Part shown: positions 29,391 to 38,755 of the stretch, piece by piece
Layout of the letters: each line of letters opens with the position of its first letter
Position numbering within the stretch: the stretch's first letter is position 1
Source: an uncultured Chloroflexia bacterium
GTDB lineage: Bacteria > Chloroflexota > Dehalococcoidia > UBA2979
Length of the DNA: 64,000 bases
Direction: 5' to 3'
Assembly: GCA_963728205.1 (NCBI GenBank)
Contig: CAVSIV010000006.1
Location: 1,312,001 to 1,376,000, forward strand
Notes under the pieces: model-generated
Told to the model about the DNA's origin: nothing
Seen by the model: only the letters and a program-made list of their open reading frames with translations
Database searches by the model: none
Translations under genes and position numbers: made by a program

Positions 29391-32177
29391 ATGCGCCGCC
29401 GCAAGCGGCTCATCCGATGGCTGCCCCTGCTGGCCGCGCCGATCGGCGTCCTCGCGGCCGTCTTCGCGTACGCGTTCTTCGTGCCCATCGCGCCGCTCGC
29501 CGCGCGCGCCGCCGCGCCGGGCGCCGTCGTCCTCGACGCCCACGGCGCCATCCTCGACCGCGACGTCTCGCAGGGGACCCGCATCCCCGTCGCGCTCGAC
29601 CGGGTCGCGCCGTCGATGGCGCAGGCGACCGTCGCCGCCGAGGACCGCCGCTTCTGGATCCACCCCGGCTTCGACCCGCTCGCGATGCTGCGCGCCGCCG
29701 TCCACCTGCCTTCGCACCCCACCGGCGCGTCGACCATCACCCAGCAGCTCGCGCGCCGGCTCTACTTGGCCGACCAGTCGCCGCCGCTCCCGCTGCGCAA
29801 GGCGCGCGAGATCCTGGTCGCCATCCGGCTCGAGGCGCGGTACTCGAAGGCCGACATCCTCGACGCCTACCTGAACGACGTCTACTACGGGCGCGGGGCG
29901 TACGGCGTGGAGGCCGCCGCGCGCGTCTACTTCGGCGTGAGCGCCGCTGACCTCAGCGTTGCGCAGTCCGCGTTCCTCGCTGGCCTGCCGCAGCTGCCGT
30001 CGCGCTACGACTCCGCCGCCGACCCCGCGCCGGCGCTCGCCCGCCAGCGCTACGTCCTCGACCGCATGGTCGCGACCGGCGCCATCGACCGCGCGCAGGC
30101 CGACGCCGCCGCGACCGCCGACCTCCGCCCCATCCCCGCGGCGCCCGCCGACCCCGCGCCGCAGTTCGTGCAGATGGTGCGCGACGAGCTCGCGCAGGTA
30201 GCGCCGGGGCTCGACGGGCGGCGCGACCTCGTGATCGAGACGACGCTCGACGCCGGCCTGCAGGCCGAGGCCCTGCGCTCCGCGGAGGTGCGCCTCGTGC
30301 GGATCGCCGACCACGACGCGCACGACGCGGCCGTCGTCGTGCTCGACCCGCGCACCGGCGCCGTGCTCGCGCTCGTCGGCAACGCGCGCTCCGACGACCC
30401 GCGCACCGGCGACCTCAACCTCGCGCTCGCGACGCGGCAGCCCGGCTCCGCGCTCAAGCCGTTCCTCTACGCGACCGCGTTCGAGCACGGGTACACGCCG
30501 GCCACGCCCGTGCTCGACGTTCCCACCACGTTCCAGACCCCGTCGGGCCCGTACGCGCCCAACGACTACGACATGCTGTTCCGCGGCCCCGTCCCGGTGC
30601 GCGTCGCGCTGGCGTCGTCGCTCAACGTGCCGGCCGTGCGCACGCTCGACGCCGTCGGCGTCGACGCGTTCCTCGCGACCGCGCACCGCTTCGGGCTGAC
30701 GTCGCTCAGCGCGAGCGAGGCGTACGGGCTCGCGATTGCCCTGGGCGGCGGCGACGTGCGGCTGCTCGACCTCACCGCCGCGTACGGCGCGCTCGCGAAC
30801 CAGGGCGTGCGCGTCGCGCCGTACACGATTGCGCGCGTGCTCGACGGCCGCGGCAACGTCCTCTACCGGCGGCCGGCGCCGCAGCCGGTGCGCGTGCTCT
30901 CGGAGCAGGACGCGTTCCTCGTGAGCAACATCCTCAGCGACCCCGTCGCGCGCGAGCCCGGCTTCGGCGCGGGGTCCGTGCTCGACACGCCGCTCGGCGC
31001 CGCCGTGAAGACCGGCACGAGCAGCGACTGGCGTGACAACTGGACGCTCGGCTACACGCCCGAGCGGGTCGTCGGTGTGTGGGTCGGCAACGCCGACGGC
31101 GCGCCGATGGTCGACGTCTCGGGCGTGAGCGGCGCCGGCCCGATCTGGCGTGACGTGATCACCGACGCGATGCAGGGCGTGCCGAACGCGCCGTTCGCGC
31201 CGCCGCCCGGCGTGGAGCAGGTGCGCGTGTGCTCGCGCACCGGCCTGCTCCCCGGCCCCGACTGCGCGACCACGAGCGTCGAGTGGTTCGTCGACGGCAC
31301 GGCCCCGACGCAGCGCGAGACGTACTACGTCGCCGCCGTGACGCCGGGCTCGCCCGACGTCGCGCCACCCGCGGCCGCGCGCCCGTGGGCGCTGGACGCC
31401 GGGATGACGCTGGCGGGGAGCGGCGCGACACCGCAGCGCACCGCGGGCGTGCCGCCCGCGGCCGGCGCCGGCGGGGCAACGGCGGGCACGACACCGCAGC
31501 GCACCGCGGGCGTGCCGCCCGCGGCTGGCGCCGCCGCCACGCTGGGCGCGACACCGCAGCGCACCGCGGGCGTGCCGCCCGCGGCCGGCGCCGGCGCGAC
31601 ACCGCAGCGCACCGCGGGCGTGCCGCCCGCGGCTGGCGCCGGCGCGACACCGCAGCGCACCGCGGGCGTGCCGCCCGCGGGTGGCGCCGGCGGGGCAACG
31701 GCGCACGCTGCCACCGCCGGCGGCGCGCCAGCCGCCGGCGTGGACGCCGACGGTGCGCCGACGGCCGCCGTGCCGCCTGCCGTACCGCCGGCAGCATGGA
31801 CCGGCGCACCGCCCGGCGCACCGCCGGCGGCTGGCCTGGCGCCCGCCGCCAGCGGCGGTGGTGTGCCCGCCAACGCCCGCGCCGCCGGCGGTGCGCCGGC
31901 GGACGCGCGCACGGTCGCGATTGTCGAACCCGCCGACGGCACCGTCCTCTTCGTCGCGCCCGAGCTGCGCGACCAGCAGCTGTGGCTGCGCGCGTCGGTG
32001 CCCGCCGGCGCGCGACTCACCCGCTTCTTCGTCGACGGCGCGCCCGCCGGCCAGGCCACCGGGGACGACCCCCGCGTGTTCTGGCCGGTCGCGCGCGGCG
32101 CGCACGTGATCCGCATCGAGGTCGTGCTGGCGGACGGGTCGACCGCTGTCGCGACGTCAGGCTATGTCGTCCGTTGA
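29391..32177 (+). CDS. pbpC: Penicillin-binding protein 1C-like transglycosylase/transpeptidase
   Basis: EDRRF, GASTITQQLAR, RQPGSALKP, SLNVPAV, KTGTS; adjacent to alpha-2-macroglobulin. Confidence 0.92.
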   Translation: MRRRKRLIRWLPLLAAPIGVLAAVFAYAFFVPIAPLAARAAAPGAVVLDAHGAILDRDVSQGTRIPVALDRVAPSMAQATVAAEDRRFWIHPGFDPLAMLRAAVHLPSHPTGASTITQQLARRLYLADQSPPLPLRKAREILVAIRLEARYSKADILDAYLNDVYYGRGAYGVEAAARVYFGVSAADLSVAQSAFLAGLPQLPSRYDSAADPAPALARQRYVLDRMVATGAIDRAQADAAATADLRPIPAAPADPAPQFVQMVRDELAQVAPGLDGRRDLVIETTLDAGLQAEALRSAEVRLVRIADHDAHDAAVVVLDPRTGAVLALVGNARSDDPRTGDLNLALATRQPGSALKPFLYATAFEHGYTPATPVLDVPTTFQTPSGPYAPNDYDMLFRGPVPVRVALASSLNVPAVRTLDAVGVDAFLATAHRFGLTSLSASEAYGLAIALGGGDVRLLDLTAAYGALANQGVRVAPYTIARVLDGRGNVLYRRPAPQPVRVLSEQDAFLVSNILSDPVAREPGFGAGSVLDTPLGAAVKTGTSSDWRDNWTLGYTPERVVGVWVGNADGAPMVDVSGVSGAGPIWRDVITDAMQGVPNAPFAPPPGVEQVRVCSRTGLLPGPDCATTSVEWFVDGTAPTQRETYYVAAVTPGSPDVAPPAAARPWALDAGMTLAGSGATPQRTAGVPPAAGAGGATAGTTPQRTAGVPPAAGAAATLGATPQRTAGVPPAAGAGATPQRTAGVPPAAGAGATPQRTAGVPPAGGAGGATAHAATAGGAPAAGVDADGAPTAAVPPAVPPAAWTGAPPGAPPAAGLAPAASGGGVPANARAAGGAPADARTVAIVEPADGTVLFVAPELRDQQLWLRASVPAGARLTRFFVDGAPAGQATGDDPRVFWPVARGAHVIRIEVVLADGSTAVATSGYVVR
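31425..31691. repeat. Intragenic in-frame array of 5 palindromic units in pbpC
   Basis: CGACACCGCAGCGCACCGCGGGCGTGCCGCCCGCGG core x5, spacings 63/60/48/48, encoding TPQRTAGVPPA. Confidence 0.93.
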
Positions 32178-32220
32178 CCCGCCGAGCCGGTCACCGGGGG
32201 GCGCCACGAGGTGAAGTGAG

Positions 32221-35200
32221 ATGACGAACCGGCTCTCCGACGCGTGGCGGCGCATCGTGCAGCGCGGGCGGGCGCATCCGCGCGCCATCGTGGCGTCGAG
32301 CGTCGTGCTCACGCTCGTCGTGTGCGGCGGGCTCGCGTTCGCGCTCGCGCGCGGCGGCGGCTCCACGCCGGCGTCGCCCGACACGCTCACGATCGAGCCG
32401 GGCGGCACGGCCGTGCCGCGCCTCGCACCCGTCGTCGTCCACTTCCCGCAGCAGCCGGGTCAGACCGAGGGCGCGCGGCTCGTCTCGCTGCAGCCCGCCG
32501 TGCCCGGCCAGTACGCCTGGCTCGACGACCAGACGCTGCTCTTCCAGCCCGACTACCCCGGCCTCGTGCGCGGCAGCCGCTACACCGTCACCGTCGACGC
32601 CCACGCCGCCGGCCTCACCGCGGACGCCACCCAGGCGTTCACCGTCGAGGGCAAGCTCACCGTCGACCACGTCATCCCGTCGGACGGCAACGTCGACGTG
32701 CCCGCCGGGGCGCACGTGCTCGTGCAGTTCAGCCGCTCCGTCGCGCCGCTCACCACGCTCGACGCGCAGGACGCCACCCCGCCGGTGAAGTTCGACCCGC
32801 CGCTGGCCGGCGCCGGCCGCTGGCTCAACACGTCGCTGTACGAGTTCGTCCCGACCGACCTGCAGCCGAGCACGACCTACCACGTGACCGTCCCCGCCGG
32901 GCTGACCTCGGCGTCGGACGGCGTGCTCGACGCCGACTACTCGTGGTCGTTCAGCACCTACCGGCCGGCCGTCGCGAAGTCCGACCCCGCCGACAACACG
33001 CAGTTCATGGCGCCCGACCAGGTCGTGTCGCTGACGTTCAACCAGCCGATGGACCGCACGTCCATCGAGCACCTGCTCGCCGTCACCGACGCGAGCGGCG
33101 CCGCAGTCGCCGGCGCGATCACGTGGAGCGACCAGGACACCGTCGTGCACTTCACGCCGTCGCAGCCGTGGGCGCTCAGCACGCGCTACACCGTGACCGT
33201 CCCCGCCGGCGTCGCCGGCGCGGCGGGCGGGGCGACCGCGACCGAGCGCACGATCACGTTCCGCACCGTCGACCCGCCGCGCATCGTCTCGACCACGCCC
33301 GCCGACGGCGAGACCGCCGCCGGCCGCTACGGCGTGCAGATCGAGTTCAACAACCCCGTCGACGTCGAGTCGCTGCAGTCGCGCGTCGCGATCAGCGGCA
33401 TCGCGCCCGACGACCTGCAGGTGATGGAGGGTGGGCCGAACGGCATCTACGTCGGCGTAAAGCTCCAGCCGTCGACGCACTACACCGTGAGCATCGCGGC
33501 CGGCGCGGTCGACCGCAGCGGCCAGCCGATCCCCGCGGCATCGTTCGCGTTCACGACCGGCGCGCTGCCGCCGTCGATCTCGTTCGCCGTGCCGTCGTGG
33601 GTCGCCACCTACTCGGCGACCACCGACGCGATCCTCTACGCGCGCGTCACGAACCTCGACCACGCGTCGTTCGCGCTCTACCGGCTGTCGGAGAGCGACG
33701 CGAACGGCATCCTCGACACGAACCAGCTCCCGAAGACCGGTGGCTTGTGGACGCCGCCGTCCGCGCCGATCCGCACGTGGGACGTGCCCGTCGACGGCGG
33801 GCAGGACGCCACCACGCTGATCTCGACGTCGCTCGGCGACGGCGCCCCGCTGCCGGCCGGCGAGTACTACGTGGCGTCGACCAACGGCGCCGTGTACTCG
33901 CAGCTCATGGTCAGCGTGGTCGACACCGCGATGGTGACGAAGCTCTCGCAGGACCAGCTGCTGGTGTGGGCGCTCGACTACGCGACCGGCAAGCCCGTAG
34001 CCGGCGCCACCGTCACCGCGAGCGGCCCCGGCCTGAGCGGAGCCGCCGCCACCGCGCAGACCGACGCCAGCGGCCTCGCCACCTTCACCGTGCCGTCGCC
34101 GCGCGACGTCTCGAACAAGGAGCGCGCGTACGTCGCGCACCTCGACGACCAGGGCCGCCACGGCGTGGCGTCGACGCGCTGGACGAACGGCGCGCAGCCG
34201 TGGCAGCTCGGCCTGCCCGTCGATTACTACCAGCGGCAGTACGTGGCGTACCTCTACACCGACCGGCCGATCTACCGGCCCGGCGAGACCGTCTCGTACA
34301 AGGTGATCGTCCGCGCCGACGACGACGCCAGCTACAGCGTCCCGAGCCCCGCGCCCGCGCTGCAGCTCGTCGTGCACGACCCGCAGTACAGCGACCTCGA
34401 GACGCAGGACGTCACGCTCAACGACCTCGGCACGTGGGGCGGCACGCTGTCGCTCGCCGAGGGCGCCGCCACCGGCCAGTACTCGCTCGAGCTGCGCGTG
34501 ACCGGGACCGGCAACCAGTTCGGGCCGGGCTACGAGAGCATCGGCGGCACCGCGTTCCAGGTCGCCGAGTTCCGCAACCCCGAGTTCCAGGTCGCCGTCA
34601 GCACCGATCGCGATCGCTACGTGAACGGCCAGACCATCGACGGCGCCGCGCAGGCGAACTTCTTCTTCGGCGGCGCGCTCGCCGCCGCGCCGGTGACGTG
34701 GGCCGCGCTCGCCTCGCCGACGTACATCCAGTCGAAGGACTTCCCCGGCTACTCGTTCAACGACTTCGACTACGCCCGCACCACGCAACCGCAGCAGCCG
34801 CTGCGCGCGCAGGGGACCGCGACCACCGACGCCGCCGGCAAGGCGACCTTCCAGGTCCCGGCCGTGCTCCAGGGCGACGAGGGCCCGCAGCAGTTCACGG
34901 TCTCCGCGACCGTCACCGACCAGAACCAGCAGCAGGTCGCCGACAGCACGACCGTCACCGTCGACACCGGCGCCGTCTACCCCGGCGTGAAGCCGGCCGA
35001 GTACATCGCGAAGAGCGGGCAGGCCGCCGAGATCGACGTCGCGTCGGTCGACCCGACCGGCGCCGCGCTGCCGCGGCGCGACGTCGTCGTGCGCGTCTAC
35101 GAGCGCGACTGGGTGACGACGAAGGTGCAGACCGCCGACGGCGGCAAGCACTACGTGAGCGAGCCGAAGGACACGCTCGTCGCGACGCTGCCGGTCACCA

Positions 35201-38200
35201 CCGGCGCCGACGCCACCGCGAGCGTGACCTACACGCCGGCGAAGACCGGCGAGCTGCGCATCGTCGCGTCCGCCACCGATGACAGCGGGCGGACGTCGAA
35301 GTCGTCGACGCAGATCTGGGTCGCCGGCACCGAGTTCGCCTCGTGGCAGGTGCGCAACGACGACGTGCTGCCGCTCGTCGCCGACCGCGACTCGTACGAC
35401 GTCGGCGACACCGCGCAGGTCCTCGTGCCGTCCGCCTTCGAGGGCGCGACCGGGCTCGTCACCATCGAGCGCGGCAAGATCATCTCGAAGACAACGCGCG
35501 CGTTCCCGACGACGGCCGAGACGCTGAGCATCCCGATCACCGACCAGGACGTGCCGAACGTCTTCGTCGGCGTCGTGCTCTACCGCCCGCCGACCGCCGC
35601 CGACCCGCTGCCGCGCTACCAGGTCGGCTACGTGGAGCTGCACGTGTCGACCGCCTCGCGGCACCTCGACGTCACCATCACGCCGTCGACCACGCAGGCG
35701 CAGCCGGGCGACACGGTCGACTACCACGTGCACGTCGCCGACGCCGCCGGCAAGGGCGTGCAGTCGGAGTTCTCGATCGCGGTCGTGGACAAGGCCGTGC
35801 TGTCGCTCGCGCAGGAGGTGGGCCCCGACGGCCTGCACGCGTTCTGGTACGAGCGCGGGCTCGGCGTCGCGACGGCGTCGTCGCTGGCCGTGTCGATCGA
35901 CCGCGCGAACGACGCGATCCCGGAGAGCCAGGCCGGCGGCAAGGGCGGCGGCGGCGAGTCGAACGCGCTGCGCTCGGACTTCCGCAACACCGCCGACTGG
36001 GAGGCGCAGGTCGCGACCGACGCCAACGGCGACGCCACGGTCTCGGTGAAGCTGCCCGACACGCTGACGACGTGGCGCGCCGACGTGCGCGCCGTCGACG
36101 GCGGCACGCGCATCGGCGAGGCGACGGCCGAGGTCGTCTCCACGCAGCCGCTGCTGCTGCGGCCGGCGCTGCCGCGCTTCCTGCGCGTCGGCGACGACGT
36201 CGGCCTGCGCATGCTCGTGACGAACACGACGCAGCAGGCGAGCGACGTCAGCGTGCAGCTGAACGCGGGCGGGGTGAACCTCACGGGCGATGCGACGCAG
36301 ACCGCGCACGTCGCGGCCGGCGAGACCGCCACGCTGGCGTGGAGCGCGCAGGCGAAGGCGGCCGGCACCGCGCACCTCGCCTTCACCGCGACCGGCAGTG
36401 GCGGGCTCTCCGACGGCGTCGCGCTCGACGTGCCGGTGCTCGTCGACCTCACGCCCGAGACCACCGCCACGGGCGGCGAGCTCGACGCGGGGGCGACGTC
36501 GGAGGCGGTCTACCTGCCGGAGTGGGCGGTCACCGACGGCGGCAGCCTCTCGGTCAGCGTGCAGGCGTCGCTCGCCGGCTCGCTCGGCGAGGAGCTGACG
36601 CACCTCGCGCCGCAGCCGTACGAGACGGTGGAACGCAAGGCGAGCCGGGTGGTCGCGACAATCGCCGCGCACCGCGCGGCGGGCGGCTCCGTGGTGGACG
36701 ACCAGGTGCGGTCCGACGTGGCGGCGCTCGTCGGCCTGCAGCACGTCGACGGCGGCTGGGGCTGGTGCGCGGACTGCGACTCGTCGCCGGCGATGAGCGC
36801 GTGGGTGCTCGTCGCGCTGGGCGACGCGCAGGCCGCCGGCGTGAACGTGAACGCCGACGCGGTGGCGCGCGGCCAGACGTACGTGTCGAGCCAGGCGGGG
36901 CAGGCGAGCGACGTCGCCGACCCGATGTCGCCGAACGACCGCGCGTACCTCTACTCCGCGATCGTGCAGGCGGCGGGCGGGGCGACCGGGTCGTCGAGCG
37001 GGGCGGCGACCGCCACCGCGACGGCGACGGCGACCCCCAATTTGCCGCCGCCGCCGGAGGGCAAGCCGACGAAGCCCGGCGCGCCGCCGCCGGTCGGCGT
37101 TGGCCTCGGTGTGACGGCGAACGCGCAGCGCGCGGCGTCGTCGCTGCGCGCGATCGTCGACCAGGACCGCTCGCAGCTCACGAACTGGGGTCGCGCCTGG
37201 GCGCTGCTCGGGCTCGTCGCCGACGACCGGGACGAGGACCAGCAGCCGGTCCAGTCGCTGATCACGGACCTCTCGTCGAGCGCCGTCGCCAGCGCGACCG
37301 GCGCGCACTGGGAGGACCGGCACGGGACGGCGGGCTACCAGCTCGTCGCCGCGATGCAGTCGAACCTCCGCACGACGGCGCTCGTCGTGCAGGCGCTGAG
37401 CGCGTCGCAGCCCGGCCACGCGCTGCTGCCCGAGGCCGTGCGCTGGCTCACGAGCGCGCGCACGGCGAAGGGGTGGAGCACGTCGCTCGAGCGGGCGCAG
37501 GCGGTGCGCGCGCTCTCCGCGTACGCGGTGGCGAGCGGCGAGACCGCCGCGAACTACAGCTACCGGGTGGCGCTCGGCGAGACGTCGCTGCTCGACGGCA
37601 CGTTCAACAAGTCGACCGCGCAGCAGGCGGCGACGAAGCAGGTGCCGCTCACGGACCTGCAGCAGGGTGCCGTGAACAAGCTGGCGTTCACGAAGAGCGG
37701 CAGCGGCCGGCTCTACTACGCGCTCGACCTGCGCTACCTGACGCCGGCCGCGCGCGCGGAGGCGCTGAACCAGGGCTTCGCGGTGTCGCACACGTACACG
37801 CTGCTCGACGCGCAGGAGGCGCCCGTGCAGCAGGCCGCGCTCGGCGACACCGTGCGGGTCGAGGTCACGGTCGTCGTGCCCGCCGACCGCAACTTCGTCA
37901 CGGTCGAGGACGCGCTGCCCGCCGGGCTCGAGCCGGTCGACACGTCGCTCGCGACGACCGACCCGGCGCTGAAGCAGCAGCTCGAGGAGGAGCGGCGGCA
38001 GGCGGCGACGGCCGGCCAGACGGACCAGGTCGCGCCGTGGTACCGCTGGTACTACAGCCCGTGGAGCCACGTGGACGTGCGCGACGACCGGGTCGTGCTC
38101 GCCGCGCAGCGGCTGCCGGCCGGCGTCTACACGTACGTCTACTACGCGCGGGCGACGGCGCCGGGGACGTTCTTCGTCGCGCCGCCGCACGCTGAGGAGA

Positions 38201-38256
38201 CGTACTTCCCGGAGGTGTTCGGGCGCGGGGACAGCGGGACGTTCACGGTGAAGTAG
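32221..38256 (+). CDS. Bacterial alpha-2-macroglobulin with N-terminal Ig-like (SbsA-type) domains
   Basis: TDRPIYRPGE, VAEFRNPEF, AVVDKAVL, RSDFRNTADW, LPDTLTTW, LPRFLRVGD, EDALPAGLEP, AEETYFPEVFGR. Confidence 0.95.
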   Translation: MTNRLSDAWRRIVQRGRAHPRAIVASSVVLTLVVCGGLAFALARGGGSTPASPDTLTIEPGGTAVPRLAPVVVHFPQQPGQTEGARLVSLQPAVPGQYAWLDDQTLLFQPDYPGLVRGSRYTVTVDAHAAGLTADATQAFTVEGKLTVDHVIPSDGNVDVPAGAHVLVQFSRSVAPLTTLDAQDATPPVKFDPPLAGAGRWLNTSLYEFVPTDLQPSTTYHVTVPAGLTSASDGVLDADYSWSFSTYRPAVAKSDPADNTQFMAPDQVVSLTFNQPMDRTSIEHLLAVTDASGAAVAGAITWSDQDTVVHFTPSQPWALSTRYTVTVPAGVAGAAGGATATERTITFRTVDPPRIVSTTPADGETAAGRYGVQIEFNNPVDVESLQSRVAISGIAPDDLQVMEGGPNGIYVGVKLQPSTHYTVSIAAGAVDRSGQPIPAASFAFTTGALPPSISFAVPSWVATYSATTDAILYARVTNLDHASFALYRLSESDANGILDTNQLPKTGGLWTPPSAPIRTWDVPVDGGQDATTLISTSLGDGAPLPAGEYYVASTNGAVYSQLMVSVVDTAMVTKLSQDQLLVWALDYATGKPVAGATVTASGPGLSGAAATAQTDASGLATFTVPSPRDVSNKERAYVAHLDDQGRHGVASTRWTNGAQPWQLGLPVDYYQRQYVAYLYTDRPIYRPGETVSYKVIVRADDDASYSVPSPAPALQLVVHDPQYSDLETQDVTLNDLGTWGGTLSLAEGAATGQYSLELRVTGTGNQFGPGYESIGGTAFQVAEFRNPEFQVAVSTDRDRYVNGQTIDGAAQANFFFGGALAAAPVTWAALASPTYIQSKDFPGYSFNDFDYARTTQPQQPLRAQGTATTDAAGKATFQVPAVLQGDEGPQQFTVSATVTDQNQQQVADSTTVTVDTGAVYPGVKPAEYIAKSGQAAEIDVASVDPTGAALPRRDVVVRVYERDWVTTKVQTADGGKHYVSEPKDTLVATLPVTTGADATASVTYTPAKTGELRIVASATDDSGRTSKSSTQIWVAGTEFASWQVRNDDVLPLVADRDSYDVGDTAQVLVPSAFEGATGLVTIERGKIISKTTRAFPTTAETLSIPITDQDVPNVFVGVVLYRPPTAADPLPRYQVGYVELHVSTASRHLDVTITPSTTQAQPGDTVDYHVHVADAAGKGVQSEFSIAVVDKAVLSLAQEVGPDGLHAFWYERGLGVATASSLAVSIDRANDAIPESQAGGKGGGGESNALRSDFRNTADWEAQVATDANGDATVSVKLPDTLTTWRADVRAVDGGTRIGEATAEVVSTQPLLLRPALPRFLRVGDDVGLRMLVTNTTQQASDVSVQLNAGGVNLTGDATQTAHVAAGETATLAWSAQAKAAGTAHLAFTATGSGGLSDGVALDVPVLVDLTPETTATGGELDAGATSEAVYLPEWAVTDGGSLSVSVQASLAGSLGEELTHLAPQPYETVERKASRVVATIAAHRAAGGSVVDDQVRSDVAALVGLQHVDGGWGWCADCDSSPAMSAWVLVALGDAQAAGVNVNADAVARGQTYVSSQAGQASDVADPMSPNDRAYLYSAIVQAAGGATGSSSGAATATATATATPNLPPPPEGKPTKPGAPPPVGVGLGVTANAQRAASSLRAIVDQDRSQLTNWGRAWALLGLVADDRDEDQQPVQSLITDLSSSAVASATGAHWEDRHGTAGYQLVAAMQSNLRTTALVVQALSASQPGHALLPEAVRWLTSARTAKGWSTSLERAQAVRALSAYAVASGETAANYSYRVALGETSLLDGTFNKSTAQQAATKQVPLTDLQQGAVNKLAFTKSGSGRLYYALDLRYLTPAARAEALNQGFAVSHTYTLLDAQEAPVQQAALGDTVRVEVTVVVPADRNFVTVEDALPAGLEPVDTSLATTDPALKQQLEEERRQAATAGQTDQVAPWYRWYYSPWSHVDVRDDRVVLAAQRLPAGVYTYVYYARATAPGTFFVAPPHAEETYFPEVFGRGDSGTFTVK

Positions 38257-38270
38257 GGGGTGGCGGCGGG

Positions 38271-38672
38271 CTACTCGCCCGCGGCGCCGGACTTCATGGC
38301 TTCCGCGATCGCCGCGAACAGGACCTCCGGCGACGCCGTCGTGCGCGTGCGGTCGATGCCGATCTCCGCCGGGTGGGACGTGTAGAAGATCACGATCGGG
38401 CGGACCGCGAGCACGTCGCCGAGCGCCGCGGGCACGTGGAGTCGCGCTCGCGGATCCGCCGGGTCGTCGCGAATGATGTCGCTGATCACCGCGTCGTACT
38501 TGCGCCGCCCCACCAGGTCCACCGCGCCGGCGTTGCACGCCGCCACGTCGACCGCGATGCCGCGCAGGCGGAGGAGGTTCATCTCCGCGACGTTGTCCTC
38601 CGGGTGATCGTCGACCCACAGCAGCCGGATGGTCGGAGGCCGGACGGTCGGAGGCCACCTCGCGCCGGGCAC
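38271..38672 (-). CDS. Stand-alone response regulator receiver protein
   Basis: LLWVDDHPEDN, YDAVISDI, IFYT; start uncertain. Confidence 0.75.
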   Translation of the reverse strand: MPGARWPPTVRPPTIRLLWVDDHPEDNVAEMNLLRLRGIAVDVAACNAGAVDLVGRRKYDAVISDIIRDDPADPRARLHVPAALGDVLAVRPIVIFYTSHPAEIGIDRTRTTASPEVLFAAIAEAMKSGAAGE

Positions 38673-38755
38673 ATCACGGGCATAGCATGCGTGCGCGCGT
38701 TGGTACGACCTCGGTGTGGCGCCTCCGCCAGTGCGAGCGCATGCGCCGAGGGACC

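Noticed and set aside
31425-31691. 36-bp palindromic repeats with variable gaps as a CRISPR array
   Set aside because: Gaps are only 12-27 bp, related to one another and in frame within pbpC
32191-38658. 2155-aa minus-strand ORF and the many other long Arg/Ala/Pro-rich ORFs
   Set aside because: Shadow frames of real high-GC genes; low-complexity composition and no motifs
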